Shown here piece by piece: positions 8,888 through 21,610 of a stretch of DNA of 64,000 nucleotides. The notes below the pieces were generated by a model, which saw nothing but the letters and a program-made list of their open reading frames with translations, was not told where the DNA came from and made no database searches. Made by a program: the position numbers and the translations under genes. Every line of letters begins with the position of its first letter. Position 1 is the first letter of the stretch. The stretch is from Candidatus Poribacteria bacterium. GTDB lineage: Bacteria; Poribacteria; WGA-4E; WGA-3G. Location of the stretch: NCBI GenBank assembly GCA_965215265.1, contig OZ244048.1, forward strand, positions 2,016,001-2,080,000, written 5' to 3'.

Positions 8888-10696
8888 ATGATAGTTATGA
8901 CACTCTACACATGGCACTACGACAACATCCCGAGCAGCTGGGAATCTATTTTAGAGCGTCTAAAGAAATTTGAAGTACTCGCACAGCAAATCAATGAAAG
9001 AAAAAAGAAGCAGGAAATCGATTCAACCGAAATGCTTAAAAACTTCTATACACATCATAACGAATTGGTGGCGGATACGTACGCGAACTTGCAACACGCG
9101 CAGCTGCACTGTGATGAGACGACTTTAGATACTGCCTTTGTTGAAGCTGTCTGGCTGTCTCTTGAGCACTATCCGGCACTTGTACATCATCCACAGATTG
9201 AGAATTTAGACACAGCCGGTTCTAAAACCTTCACCTTCTTTACACCGGATGCGCCAGCGGCTCCTGACAAACGAGAGCAACTAAAAATAGAACTTCAGCA
9301 GGCATTTAATCTGGATCCGGAAACAGTGGAGGAGCTAACCCGGCAGCTTTATATCCGGACGAGCCCCCTCCGTTATCGGCATCAAATTATGCGGAGTTTA
9401 GAGACGAGCTTCAATCTCATGGCTGCTAACCCGAAACTGGATGTAGCTATCCTACAACTTTTTAGGTCATTATATCCCGGTGCTCCGTTTGAGACAGGCG
9501 AAGTAAAGTTAGTCAAAACGTCTTCCGTGCTCTATTTTTGCTTCCCTACTGAGGCATGGGAAAACGCAGAGGAGCCCAATATCTCTACAGACGAACAGCG
9601 TGAAGAAAGCGAGACATCACAACGCCCACAGGCCTACCGGGAAAAATTTCTGAGAAAAATTTGGGAGGTAGAACCTTTTGCCCATTTTCCCGTGTTCGGA
9701 ACCTTTGACGCAGAAAATCTAGACTTAACCTTCCTTCAGAAAATTTCTGATGAAACTGGATTGCCTTTGGAACTAGTCACATCAACGCTGACGCGTATGA
9801 TAGGTGTCCTCCCTTTAGCTGAACTTGATAAATATCTAATTCACGATACTTGGGGACATCAGTGGCAGGAAAGTCTACTCGATTTTGAGGAACCGTATAC
9901 CGAATTGACTCTGTTTAAACGTCCCTTATCCCTAACTGAAACCGCTTCGGTCTTAGGAGAGCAGACTTCGTTCGCTGCCACATTCGTCAAAACTGAGGCC
10001 GGGACAATAGAACTTGACCCGGTCAAACTACAGCAATTCATCGATGCAGAATTATACGAACGCGCAATCATTGCTTTTACACCTATTCTCGCTGAAATCT
10101 TGGCGGATGTGGTAGAATATAAGTTCCTAAAATTACACCCGAGTCAGGAACACCTGCTGCCGAGTTCTTCGTTACTCAAAGCGTTTCCTAGCAAATTGGA
10201 TTTGACACTTGCAGATTTGCGTACTTGCTTTGTCCATGCCTCCGAAGTCTTCCAAAACTGGGTCGCTTCTGAATCAACACAACAGCAATTACATAACGAA
10301 ATTTGCGAAAAACTCGAAATTCCAAACGACGCAATAAAACACCAGGAACTCTCACAAGTCCTCAGCACCGCGGTCCGACTCTGTAAGGAGCAGCTTCACG
10401 CTTTCTATCAACCGGAATGGACTTGGGAAAAAAGCGAAGCCGGTTATTTGAAACTGAATGCATTTAGCTTCGCAGCACTGAACTTTCTCCGACTTCACAC
10501 CGCGCTTATCCAGACATACAAAGACCTCTCACATATCGAGACATCTTATGATTTCAAAGATATTCTGGTATTGGCGATAGGCACCTTCTTTGAAAGAAAT
10601 CCACAGCAGAATATTTGGCAACTCGACAGTTTTTTAACCCAAGCGTTTCTCCCACGTTGGGAAAAATTGGCTGCAGCGGGCTGTACAGCGTGTTAA
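8888..10696 (+). CDS. Hypothetical protein with HDTWGH putative metal-binding motif
   Basis: Long open ORF with RBS AAGGA; motif YLIHDTWGHQWQE and downstream AEILAD. Confidence 0.7.
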   Translation: MIVMTLYTWHYDNIPSSWESILERLKKFEVLAQQINERKKKQEIDSTEMLKNFYTHHNELVADTYANLQHAQLHCDETTLDTAFVEAVWLSLEHYPALVHHPQIENLDTAGSKTFTFFTPDAPAAPDKREQLKIELQQAFNLDPETVEELTRQLYIRTSPLRYRHQIMRSLETSFNLMAANPKLDVAILQLFRSLYPGAPFETGEVKLVKTSSVLYFCFPTEAWENAEEPNISTDEQREESETSQRPQAYREKFLRKIWEVEPFAHFPVFGTFDAENLDLTFLQKISDETGLPLELVTSTLTRMIGVLPLAELDKYLIHDTWGHQWQESLLDFEEPYTELTLFKRPLSLTETASVLGEQTSFAATFVKTEAGTIELDPVKLQQFIDAELYERAIIAFTPILAEILADVVEYKFLKLHPSQEHLLPSSSLLKAFPSKLDLTLADLRTCFVHASEVFQNWVASESTQQQLHNEICEKLEIPNDAIKHQELSQVLSTAVRLCKEQLHAFYQPEWTWEKSEAGYLKLNAFSFAALNFLRLHTALIQTYKDLSHIETSYDFKDILVLAIGTFFERNPQQNIWQLDSFLTQAFLPRWEKLAAAGCTAC

Positions 10697-10736
10697 ACTG
10701 GGAGCCCTCCGATGCTATGATTCATAGCATAGATAA

Positions 10737-10983
10737 CCTCCGACGAGATTTACACACGAATCAGCAAAGCATCAGCGATGATGGTGATGATGGTACTGAA
10801 ATATACGAAAAAGCATCAGGCGGTAATGGGCTCTTGTATACGAAAATATGAATCTAAACAGAACAGAGAGAGGATTTGGGTGGGCGGGCGACGAGATTTA
10901 CACATGAGCCATCAAAGCATCAGCAATGATGGTACGGAGATAGACGAAAACACATCAGTCTTGTTTGGGCTCCTGTAGACAGA
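10737..10983 (+). repeat. Tandem copies of repeat family B
   Basis: CGACGAGATTTACACA...CAAAGCATCAGC.ATGATGGT occurs at ~10741 and ~10889. CATCAG.CTTGTTTGGGCTCCTGTAGACAGA at 10953-10983 also matches 8842-8872. Confidence 0.7.
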
Positions 10984-10998
10984 AAAGAGATTCGCAAG

Positions 10999-12240
10999 TC
11001 AGACGAACTGCGGGAGAATCTTCTCGCGGAGCCGTTCATACGTGAGCATAGCACCGACAATGTTGCCTGCCGCAGGACCGAGCTGAAGTTGTGCGATAAC
11101 ACCGGAACCGAACAGATTCTCAATAGGATGGAGTTGTAAACTGTCATCAAGTTGAGGGAACCCCCATGGGAGTGGAATCCGGTGTTGCTCGATCAGTTCT
11201 GCTAAAAAAGGATAACGGCAGAGGTTGAATTGATACCCCGTTGCAAGGATAATACGTGAGATGTCATGAAGGGTACCGTGCGTCATCTCAATGTCGAGGC
11301 GTAGCTTGTTTGCGAGGGCAATGCTTGCATTGAAATGCTTTCTGTGCCGACAAGCCTTGATGTTTTGAATCTTCGTTGCAGGATAGAACTCAACGTTTCG
11401 CTGACTCTGTAACGTCTCAGCAATATCCGGTGTGATGCTACCTTCCCCTCTGGCGTGCTGAATCATGTTATAACGTTGTGTCCAGTCCTTTTCTTCTGCG
11501 AATTCAGCGAGACGTTTTGGCCCTACCCACACCGGTGGAAAATCAAACTGTTCTACACGCAAATCTGAGCGAGCAATTAAAGCAACCTTCACTCCGCATT
11601 CGCTTAGCGTTCGTGCCAAGGTTCCGGCCGTCAGTCCGCCTCCAATGATTGCAACCTTTCGGTCTTCGTCGGAGGCTTTATAGTGTGAGGCGTGTATAAT
11701 CTGATCGGGAAAACGCCGTTGCCAGACAGCAAATTCAGGCGGGACATAAAAACAGTCCTCTGTACCGATGGCGAGAATAATACAACGGCTCCGAAACCCT
11801 TCATGCTGTGTAGAAATCAAGCGGAACGGAAAACTGCCCGCACCTTTATCCCACCGCAATTTCGCCACGTCAAATTGATAATAGAGACTATGTACTGAAA
11901 ACTCTGCTATCGCCTCGTTGCAAAAATCCCAGAAGAGTTGTGTTGACGGTTGCGAGTAGGGTGGTGCCAATTCATCAGTGCGGTTGTGACGTTCTGCATA
12001 CTCCACGATACCTAAAGCATCTGGCGTGATGTGATGGACGGCAGGTGAGCGGAGGAACGTCATGCCTTGGCGTTCAGTTTTGTACTGCCAGGCTGTGAGC
12101 GGATGCGGATGCCGGTCGACAATCGCAAGGTGGCTGGCTGCTTCCGGCATGTCACGCAGTATCCGTAACGCGATCGAGATACCGTGTATGCCACCGCCAA
12201 TGATTGTTACGCGGATATTCCGATGGGCAAGGGTTTTCAT
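10999..12240 (-). CDS. FAD/NAD(P)-binding oxidoreductase (class B flavin monooxygenase-like)
   Basis: Two Rossmann motifs (IIGGGIHG, IIGGGLTA), LRSP, LATGY. Confidence 0.8.
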   Translation of the reverse strand: MKTLAHRNIRVTIIGGGIHGISIALRILRDMPEAASHLAIVDRHPHPLTAWQYKTERQGMTFLRSPAVHHITPDALGIVEYAERHNRTDELAPPYSQPSTQLFWDFCNEAIAEFSVHSLYYQFDVAKLRWDKGAGSFPFRLISTQHEGFRSRCIILAIGTEDCFYVPPEFAVWQRRFPDQIIHASHYKASDEDRKVAIIGGGLTAGTLARTLSECGVKVALIARSDLRVEQFDFPPVWVGPKRLAEFAEEKDWTQRYNMIQHARGEGSITPDIAETLQSQRNVEFYPATKIQNIKACRHRKHFNASIALANKLRLDIEMTHGTLHDISRIILATGYQFNLCRYPFLAELIEQHRIPLPWGFPQLDDSLQLHPIENLFGSGVIAQLQLGPAAGNIVGAMLTYERLREKILPQFV

Positions 12241-12241
12241 G

Positions 12242-13132
12242 TTAATCGGCGCTCGGTCCCGGTAGATGAAAGCTCTTCAACGCGAAGGTTTCTGTGAGTA
12301 GACTATCGGTAACGCGGAAACGGGTGTATCTATATTGGACAACTCCGATAGAAGGCGCAACCCAGTACTCTGCCGGGGGACCAATCACAAAAACAGACGG
12401 GTCGTCACTATCCCCATAGACCACCTCTTCGTAAACCACGTACGTGCTATAAGTGCCAGTTGGAACACGAATCGGCACATCTTTTTCAACCACAGTGCGT
12501 GTAACCTTGACTGGGGTTCCCACAGTTTTCTCAAAAACGACCCACTCCTTTCCGACTTCCAACGGGAAATCCCACAAGCGGCGCGCGGGCGCGTGCTTTT
12601 GGTGAAGTGTTGGGTTGGCTAAAATGAAGACATAAGCGTCGAACGCTGATTCTATCATGACTTCCGGCGTTTTGAAAAAGTATGTCGCGGAAATCGGAAA
12701 AGGGAAGACATCGTAAAATTCCGAATCTATGCGGAGGTAATATGCATTCGCAGCTAAATGATCTACGACATCGCGTGGCACTGAGTCTGGTTCAACAGGG
12801 CTGAGTTCACTGATGCTCATCTGTCGATGTGTCGTACCGCCGATGTCCCGTGTCCCTTCAATGCGGACAGTGAATTCCTGATCGGTGTCCACGTTGACGT
12901 AAGTCCAAGCGGTGCCGGTATTAGTGGGGAAATCGATTGCATGAAAGCCTCTGGTATCGGGCGGTGGCAATTTGGTTTCGCCGTGCGGATCCAGGAGCCC
13001 TTCGTCGCCGCAACCTATCAGGCAGCATAAGATAACGCACCCCGCCAAAAGTCCTCTGGCGACGGAAGTATAGGATGCTTTGCATCCTGCAGCTTTAATC
13101 GACGAAAAAAGTGAATAGTATGCTATCATCAT
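12242..13132 (-). CDS. Putative lipoprotein, beta-rich, unknown function
   Basis: Lipobox-like 'CLIG-C-GD'; 'GTAWTY', 'FPLEVGKEW', 'VPTGTY', 'WVAPSIGVV'. The ORF track extension to 13450 overlaps the upstream gene and a repeat. Confidence 0.7.
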   Translation of the reverse strand: MMIAYYSLFSSIKAAGCKASYTSVARGLLAGCVILCCLIGCGDEGLLDPHGETKLPPPDTRGFHAIDFPTNTGTAWTYVNVDTDQEFTVRIEGTRDIGGTTHRQMSISELSPVEPDSVPRDVVDHLAANAYYLRIDSEFYDVFPFPISATYFFKTPEVMIESAFDAYVFILANPTLHQKHAPARRLWDFPLEVGKEWVVFEKTVGTPVKVTRTVVEKDVPIRVPTGTYSTYVVYEEVVYGDSDDPSVFVIGPPAEYWVAPSIGVVQYRYTRFRVTDSLLTETFALKSFHLPGPSAD

Positions 13133-13133
13133 T

Positions 13134-13207
13134 GCATAAGAAGGCTCTGGCGAGATGTACACAAGCATTAACAATACATCAGCAGTTGATGGGCTGAAAT
13201 ATACAAG
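13134..13207 (+). repeat. Repeat family B copy
   Basis: GCATAAGAAGGCTCTGGCGAGATGTACAC...ACATCAGCAGTTGATGGGCTGAAATATACAAG. Confidence 0.65.
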
Positions 13208-13235
13208 AGAATCATTTTTTAAATGAGCCGCTGCC

Positions 13236-15860
13236 CTAATGTATGACGCAGAATTTGCCGGTGGTTTGGAACCCCTTTCCATCGGTCGCCCGGAAGAAGT
13301 ACAGCCCCGTACAAACCATCTCCCCACGTTGATTTGTACAATCCCAATGTGATGCGGAATTGAGAATTTTGATGAGTCTACCGTTGGCATCGTAGATATG
13401 CACAGTGAGTCCTTTTGGATAAAATTCGAGATGCTTACCTTGCCCAGCATAAAGGGGGTTAGGCGCGACCATGACTTTCTGCATTGGGGTGGAAGCTACA
13501 TAGTTGAAGGTCTGGCCATTCCAAATCCGAGTGCCGGTGGTACCTGCCAGCGTTTGTCCTCGAATCCGATAGGTATAAGTGCCAATAGGCGGAAACCCTA
13601 CCGTTCTGAGCATGCCTATCCACTTGTCGGAGTGCGCCGCTGCCGACATGTCCTCACGTGTCAATGTAATTGTATAGTGATGCCCGTTAGGGGATTCGAC
13701 AGTGAGGAGGGGTGTGCTTTGCAGTCGATGTGTGCTAAGTACTGCAATCTGCCATTCCCCAATGGCGCGAGACTGCGTTTCAATGAAAAACGTTGGTGCT
13801 GCGTTTGCTTCAGCAAACGCCGGCGTAATACTATCTGTCACCAGGCTTGGTGTGCCCATAATACCTATTGCGTCAATGGGGACAACGGCGTAGTAATAGT
13901 GGACGTTGCTTGGCTCAAACGAGGGGCTGTTGACATCCACATCCTGAAAGAGGGTGGTATCCTCAAATCGGGTTTGGTTCACCTGCACGCGTCCGACTAC
14001 GGTGATATCGTCCTCTGCGATTCCGTTTTCATCCCGGTCTGCGGCCCCAAGCACATCCTCCTTGCTCTGAAAAGGTTGTGGCGTATCGGTTTCGTTTTCG
14101 AGCACGTAGCGTTTCCGCACGAGCGCCACTTCGTGAATGTTTGTCGGATTGTCAACGTTCCATGTCACTATAGCACTGTTGCTTCCTTGAGAGACCTGGG
14201 CATTTGAGAGGCTGCCCGTTGGCGGTGGACCCGCCATATAACTGACAGAACCGCCAAAACTGCCACCCGGCCTGATAACTCGTTCAACATCAGGATGCAT
14301 GTTAATCAGGATGAGGGTGATTTCCTGAATCTCGCCGCCAAAATCCTTGAACGTTATTTGTGCTTCTTGCGACCGTTGATAGGTGAATGCTTCTCTGATT
14401 TCGGTGGTCCCATCTCTTTTCCTGATGATAAATTTCGCCGCCCATCCACGTAAACCGGTAAACGTATGTCGATCGAGTTCTGCCTGAATATCGCGCTGTT
14501 CATCACGTGTTAGCAGAGTCATGTCTATCGGTGCAAGATCAGCACCGTCAATTTTAACAGCGAATTCTGACATGATGCCTGCCGGTTTGAATACGACGTA
14601 CCGAGCAGAGAAGTGTTCCGGCATTGATTCTGAATCAAAATCGGTGCGGACAGGATAGACACTGTGGACATCGTTTGGGTGAATTGCCACGGGGGGGAAC
14701 CGATGTGCATTGTAGTAGGTGCCCCCATTGGTGCGGAGGCCGGCACGCGCGTGCGTAAAATAATTCCACACCGTAAACGTTTTAAACGCCTCGGCGAGGT
14801 TGGTTCCGCTGTTGGTGAACACATCGTAGAAATTGCCCATTTCTCGGTAGCTGCCATCGGTGGTGTCTTGATAAAGCTGCCGAACGATGTCGTATCCGAA
14901 CCGTTCTGTCATGTACAACGTCCAGATAACGGAGCCGTATTCGTGGTCGCCGATGCGGCTTTCTAGTGATATGTCCGGGCTGAGGAACCACCGACGGAGT
15001 TGGTGTATATAGTAATTGTAGGAGTCGGTTTCGTTGGGTTCATCCGGGTCGGGTATGTTATCGCCGTCGTCAATGCGCCCCCCATCATAAGTCATAATTT
15101 CTATCCACGTTGCGGAAGCTTCCATGAACCAGATCGGCATAGAGGCGTTATAGGCGAACTGGATCCCGTGGAGGAATTCGTGTGCACAAGTTGTTTCAAT
15201 GTAGCGTCTACCTTCCGATTTTCCGACATAGTCGTAGATACGCGAGTTTATCATGAAGTACGGTGCGACTGTGAGCGCGGTAGACAGCACACGTCCTTCG
15301 AACCAATCAGCTGTCGTAATGCCAAGTGCAGGGAAGGTAAATAGGTAGACATCGTACTTGTGATTGCCCCCGTTCTGCATTGCCCAAAAATCTATATAGG
15401 GTACCTTAAATCCCATCAAATCTATTTGGATGCGGTATGAACGTTCCATGGCATCTGCACAAATATCGACATAATCAGGGACACCGTTGCGCGGGTGAAA
15501 ATCCTCAAGTGGCGGCGCTTGCGGCCCGGTGCGTGTGTAGTGAAATCTAAAGTGCGGCGTGTTAAACTGTTCAGGCAGCTCGATTTCTCCGAACAGGCTG
15601 CCGGGCAGTCCAGGGCGCAAGAACATTCCTTTGAGTTTCTGCCGGTGTATTGAGGGGATATGCTGCCAATTCTTGGCAAGGGTGACAAAGGTATCGGTTG
15701 CACATTCCGTGATTTCGCTTGCCGTGTATCTCGGTTTGAGATTGCTAAACTGCAGGGCAGTTTGGAGTGCGCCTTGGAGTTCTGGGTCCGGCGGCAGTGC
15801 GAAGGTAGCGGATATGTATGCTGTAAATAACGCGATAATGAGTATTGGTGACAGTTTCAT
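13236..15860 (-). CDS. Secreted zincin metalloprotease (MXAN_6640-like) with C-terminal T9SS-CTD/FlgD-Ig-like domain
   Basis: Signal peptide; 'HFRFHY...NGVPDYV'; HEFLH + WFMEASATW; C-terminus 'VAPNP...IYDANGRLIK...WDCTN..GE.V.TGLYF'. Confidence 0.8.
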   Translation of the reverse strand: MKLSPILIIALFTAYISATFALPPDPELQGALQTALQFSNLKPRYTASEITECATDTFVTLAKNWQHIPSIHRQKLKGMFLRPGLPGSLFGEIELPEQFNTPHFRFHYTRTGPQAPPLEDFHPRNGVPDYVDICADAMERSYRIQIDLMGFKVPYIDFWAMQNGGNHKYDVYLFTFPALGITTADWFEGRVLSTALTVAPYFMINSRIYDYVGKSEGRRYIETTCAHEFLHGIQFAYNASMPIWFMEASATWIEIMTYDGGRIDDGDNIPDPDEPNETDSYNYYIHQLRRWFLSPDISLESRIGDHEYGSVIWTLYMTERFGYDIVRQLYQDTTDGSYREMGNFYDVFTNSGTNLAEAFKTFTVWNYFTHARAGLRTNGGTYYNAHRFPPVAIHPNDVHSVYPVRTDFDSESMPEHFSARYVVFKPAGIMSEFAVKIDGADLAPIDMTLLTRDEQRDIQAELDRHTFTGLRGWAAKFIIRKRDGTTEIREAFTYQRSQEAQITFKDFGGEIQEITLILINMHPDVERVIRPGGSFGGSVSYMAGPPPTGSLSNAQVSQGSNSAIVTWNVDNPTNIHEVALVRKRYVLENETDTPQPFQSKEDVLGAADRDENGIAEDDITVVGRVQVNQTRFEDTTLFQDVDVNSPSFEPSNVHYYYAVVPIDAIGIMGTPSLVTDSITPAFAEANAAPTFFIETQSRAIGEWQIAVLSTHRLQSTPLLTVESPNGHHYTITLTREDMSAAAHSDKWIGMLRTVGFPPIGTYTYRIRGQTLAGTTGTRIWNGQTFNYVASTPMQKVMVAPNPLYAGQGKHLEFYPKGLTVHIYDANGRLIKILNSASHWDCTNQRGEMVCTGLYFFRATDGKGFQTTGKFCVIH

Positions 15861-16077
15861 TTTTTTGTTCTTGGGTTTTGCTCGATTTGTGTTGCAATAT
15901 GCACAGTCTTAAGCGAAATAAGTCGGTTTTCCATCAAGGCTAGAGTTTCTGCCATCAGCGGTGCGGTTACGGTTGAACAAAGAAAATCTTTTGGTTTTCA
16001 ATAAATTGTTGTAGTTTTTGAGATATTCCGTTGTACAGTTTTGCAATGCGATTGATTTTTCCGTTGTTATATGTTGA

Positions 16078-16100
16078 GGGCGGGCATGAACCCGCCCTTA
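16078..16100. terminator. GC hairpin (terminator or REP-like) after the LamG gene
   Basis: AGGGCGGG-catgaa-CCCGCCCT directly downstream of the stop at 16111; no clear U-tract. Confidence 0.4.
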
Positions 16101-16110
16101 CCACTAAACA

Positions 16111-16893
16111 TTACTGCCTTTTGATGGCACCCCACGTTAGGGCAAGTTTTTTGCGCGCTTCAACTGCGAAAGCGATTGTAAAATTGTCCTGAACCTCTTT
16201 TTCGTCCAAGGCGCGATTGTAGACAGCGACATCGTCAATCTCGCCCTCAAAATAGAAGGGTTTGATAAAGGCGTTGCGGTCATGCCCAACGGCTACGACG
16301 ACGTGGCTACGTGTGTCACGGCTGTTTATTTTTCCATCGGCTTCTGCATCCGGTTCACCGTTGAGGTAGAGGACCTTTTTCTCGTTATCTCCATCTGCGA
16401 CAAATGTGATGTGTACCCATTCGCCTTCGGTGATAGGCGTTGTAGTTTTGAAGATGCCGAATCCGTCTCCATTTCTTTGGGTTTGCACTGTGCCATCAGC
16501 CAAGAGTTCTAGCCATGAATCGCCTCCCCCTTGCGGGTCATCGTCCCAGATGATAACTTTGGGCCCCTCGGGTAAGGCAGCTACATTAATCCACATAGCA
16601 TAGGTAACATTTTGTCCTTCTGTAGCTGCTCCGATAACGACATAATCTTCCTTGCCGTTGAAGTTGAGTGCTTCGCCGACGATACCTTCTACAATTTTGG
16701 GAGCCCCCTTAATCTCACCGTCATGTTCACCGAGGGCATCTTTTGCTATCTTCGCGTCGGTATCGGCTTTATCAAAAGTCCAGTGCCCTCCGAGTCCGTC
16801 TTCAACCGATTGTGCATGTGCTACCTTTGCATCTGCGGATGCAAAGACAACGCCTACTACGCAAAAGAGCGTAAAGCATAGATTGAATTTCAT
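16111..16893 (-). CDS. Secreted LamG-like jellyroll protein
   Basis: Signal peptide; HWTFD, GEALNFNG, WVHITFV, LYLNG, FEGEIDDVAVYNRAL; C-terminal AVEARKKLALTWGAIK. Confidence 0.9.
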   Translation of the reverse strand: MKFNLCFTLFCVVGVVFASADAKVAHAQSVEDGLGGHWTFDKADTDAKIAKDALGEHDGEIKGAPKIVEGIVGEALNFNGKEDYVVIGAATEGQNVTYAMWINVAALPEGPKVIIWDDDPQGGGDSWLELLADGTVQTQRNGDGFGIFKTTTPITEGEWVHITFVADGDNEKKVLYLNGEPDAEADGKINSRDTRSHVVVAVGHDRNAFIKPFYFEGEIDDVAVYNRALDEKEVQDNFTIAFAVEARKKLALTWGAIKRQ

Positions 16894-17062
16894 CGGTTTG
16901 CCTCCTGAATTGGTTGGTAATACCTTGAAGCGCTATGCGTTTTCGACACCGGCGGAATGTCATAAGTGCATTCAACCTGAAGTTAAATATTATACTGTTT
17001 TGTACGAGAATATGCAATGAATTTCTCTATATCGGCTGGCAAGCCTCATCTATCAGATAAGG

Positions 17063-17710
17063 TTAGTTCTGCTTTTCTGATTTGAGAGCTGCCCATTTGA
17101 TTGTCAATTTATCTTTCATTTCAACGTGTTGTGGTTCTGCTCCGTCTATGTCACTGACAAATTCGCCTTCATAGAGTCGGATATGGTCTAGCCAGACATC
17201 GACTTTCTGTCCGCCCATGATGACACCTGCGCGCGAATTGACATCATCCGCAGGCATTTCGAACGTAACGAAGAACTCCTTCCATTCTTCGATAACGTTA
17301 ATCTGTTGATTCGCGTATTGATCCCACGGGTCGCCTTGGTGGATGATGCGGATGTTGACAGTACGAGGCTTTTCGCTCTTTGCCCACAAATTATAGGTGT
17401 ACGTTTTACCTTTTTCCAAGGTGAAGGGCTGCTGATAGAATTGGATGTGCCAGGAGGCATTGCTGGGCTTACTGATTTTGATGTAGGCAGTGTTTTTTCC
17501 CACAATGGGTTCTGCTTTTTTGCCTTCCGTTTGGAAGAGGGCCGCGGCATCGGCATGCGTCCAGAGATGCCAATGCTCAAGTTTCAGGTCAAAATCGCCG
17601 TTTCTGAGAATGTTTTCAGGTTCATCTGCTGCGTACAAAAACGTTGCCACTGAAAACAGCCCTATGAAGGTGAAACTACTATGATATCGCTTCAGTCGGT
17701 GTGCTAGCAT
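17063..17710 (-). CDS. Secreted carbohydrate-binding (CBM4/9-like) protein
   Basis: NILRNGDF, WHIQFYQ, LEKGKTYT, WAKS, VWLDHIRL; C-terminal VEMKDKLTIKWAALK. Confidence 0.85.
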   Translation of the reverse strand: MLAHRLKRYHSSFTFIGLFSVATFLYAADEPENILRNGDFDLKLEHWHLWTHADAAALFQTEGKKAEPIVGKNTAYIKISKPSNASWHIQFYQQPFTLEKGKTYTYNLWAKSEKPRTVNIRIIHQGDPWDQYANQQINVIEEWKEFFVTFEMPADDVNSRAGVIMGGQKVDVWLDHIRLYEGEFVSDIDGAEPQHVEMKDKLTIKWAALKSEKQN

Positions 17711-17850
17711 GGTAGTCTCCTATAGATTAGTCGTGTTTACTTCCGCGTTCATCATGTGGAGTCATAACACGCATGGGCATAGGATACCCTATTCATAAAG
17801 AGGAAGTCAAGTACTTCAATAGAAACAGATGAATTGCAAAGTTTGCCGTG

Positions 17851-17873
17851 AGGGCAGGCGGGGTGCCTGCCCC
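17851..17873 (-). terminator. Hairpin downstream of 5S rRNA
   Basis: GGGCAGGC-gggg-(t)GCCTGCCC inverted repeat just past the 5S 3' end. Confidence 0.45.
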
Positions 17874-17886
17874 ATATAGGAAGGAT

Positions 17887-18004
17887 TTCCGGCGGCGACT
17901 TACTTTCCCGCGGGGTCGCCCCCGAAGTATCATCAGCGCAGAAGGGCTTAACTGCCGTGTTCGAGATGGGAACGGGTGGGTCACCTTCGCTATAGCCACC
18001 GGAA
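17887..18004 (-). rRNA. rrf: 5S rRNA
   Basis: Reverse complement TTCCGGTGGCTATAGCG...CCCGTTCCCATCTCGAACACGG...CGCCGGAA with paired ends. Confidence 0.95.
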
Positions 18005-18133
18005 AGTTTTTCGTATGGCTCAGTATTAAGATGTTTGCTGTTGCATTATCGGAGCCATCTGCTGGTACTGAGCTGCTACAATAATATTTGACAATTGCAT
18101 AGGGTTTGAGGGTTCGGTATGTTAATAAAGAAG

Positions 18134-21110
<2,977 letters not shown>

Positions 21111-21200
21111 GGTGATATTATTCTACCGATTTACCCTCTCTATGCAATTGTCAAAGAACCCCGCCTTTTTCAAAAGCAAAACTGCTTCTTTCAAAGACGA

Positions 21201-21273
21201 TGGAGATGAGCGGAGTTGAACCGCTGACCTTCTGCGTGCAAAGCAGACGCTCTCCCAACTGAGCTACACCCCC
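21201..21273 (-). tRNA. tRNA-Ala(UGC), CCA not encoded
   Basis: GGGGGTGTAGCTCAGTTGGGAGAGCGTCTGCTTTGCACGCAGAAGGTCAGCGGTTCAACTCCGCTCATCTCCA. Confidence 0.97.
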
Positions 21274-21295
21274 ATGTGGTTACCTGTTTATTTTC

Positions 21296-21610
21296 AGTAT
21301 ACCACAAAAAACGACGGTTGTCAAATTTATTTTCAATTTTCAAAACGATCAGGGAGGAATCGCACCCCCGTTTTCGGTTTTTGGAACCGATGTTCTTCCT
21401 ATTTGAACTACTGACCTTCAAGATGGTATATAGTATACCACAAAAAACGACGGTTGTCAAATTTATTTTCAATTTTCAAAACGATCAGGGAGGAATCGCA
21501 CCCCCGTTTTCGGTTTTTGGAACCGATGTTCTTCCTATTTGAACTACTGACCTTCAAGATGATATATAGTATACCACAAAAAGTGACGGTTGTCAAATTT
21601 ATTTTTCAAA
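21296..21610 (-). promoter_or_regulatory. 136-bp tandem repeat (2.3 copies), each copy carrying a sigma70-type promoter TTGACA-N17-TATACT
   Basis: Units start at 21296, 21432 and 21568. -35 at 21319-24, 21455-60, 21591-96; -10 at 21296-301, 21432-37, 21568-73, with extended TG. Confidence 0.8.

Noticed and set aside
4640-10990. Integron cassette array (same-strand genes separated by palindromes)
   Set aside because: The repeats lack RYYYAAC...GTTRRRY attC boxes, occur in both orientations, and no integrase is seen.
13133-13450. N-terminal extension of the 402-aa ORF
   Set aside because: Overlaps the protease C-terminus and a family B repeat; the lipoprotein signal starts at about 13132.
13398-14207. 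269-aa plus-strand ORF
   Set aside because: Antisense to the well-supported metalloprotease; atypical Cys/Arg-rich composition.
21296-21610. Possible CRISPR array
   Set aside because: The whole 136-bp unit repeats with no unique spacers, and no cas genes are present.
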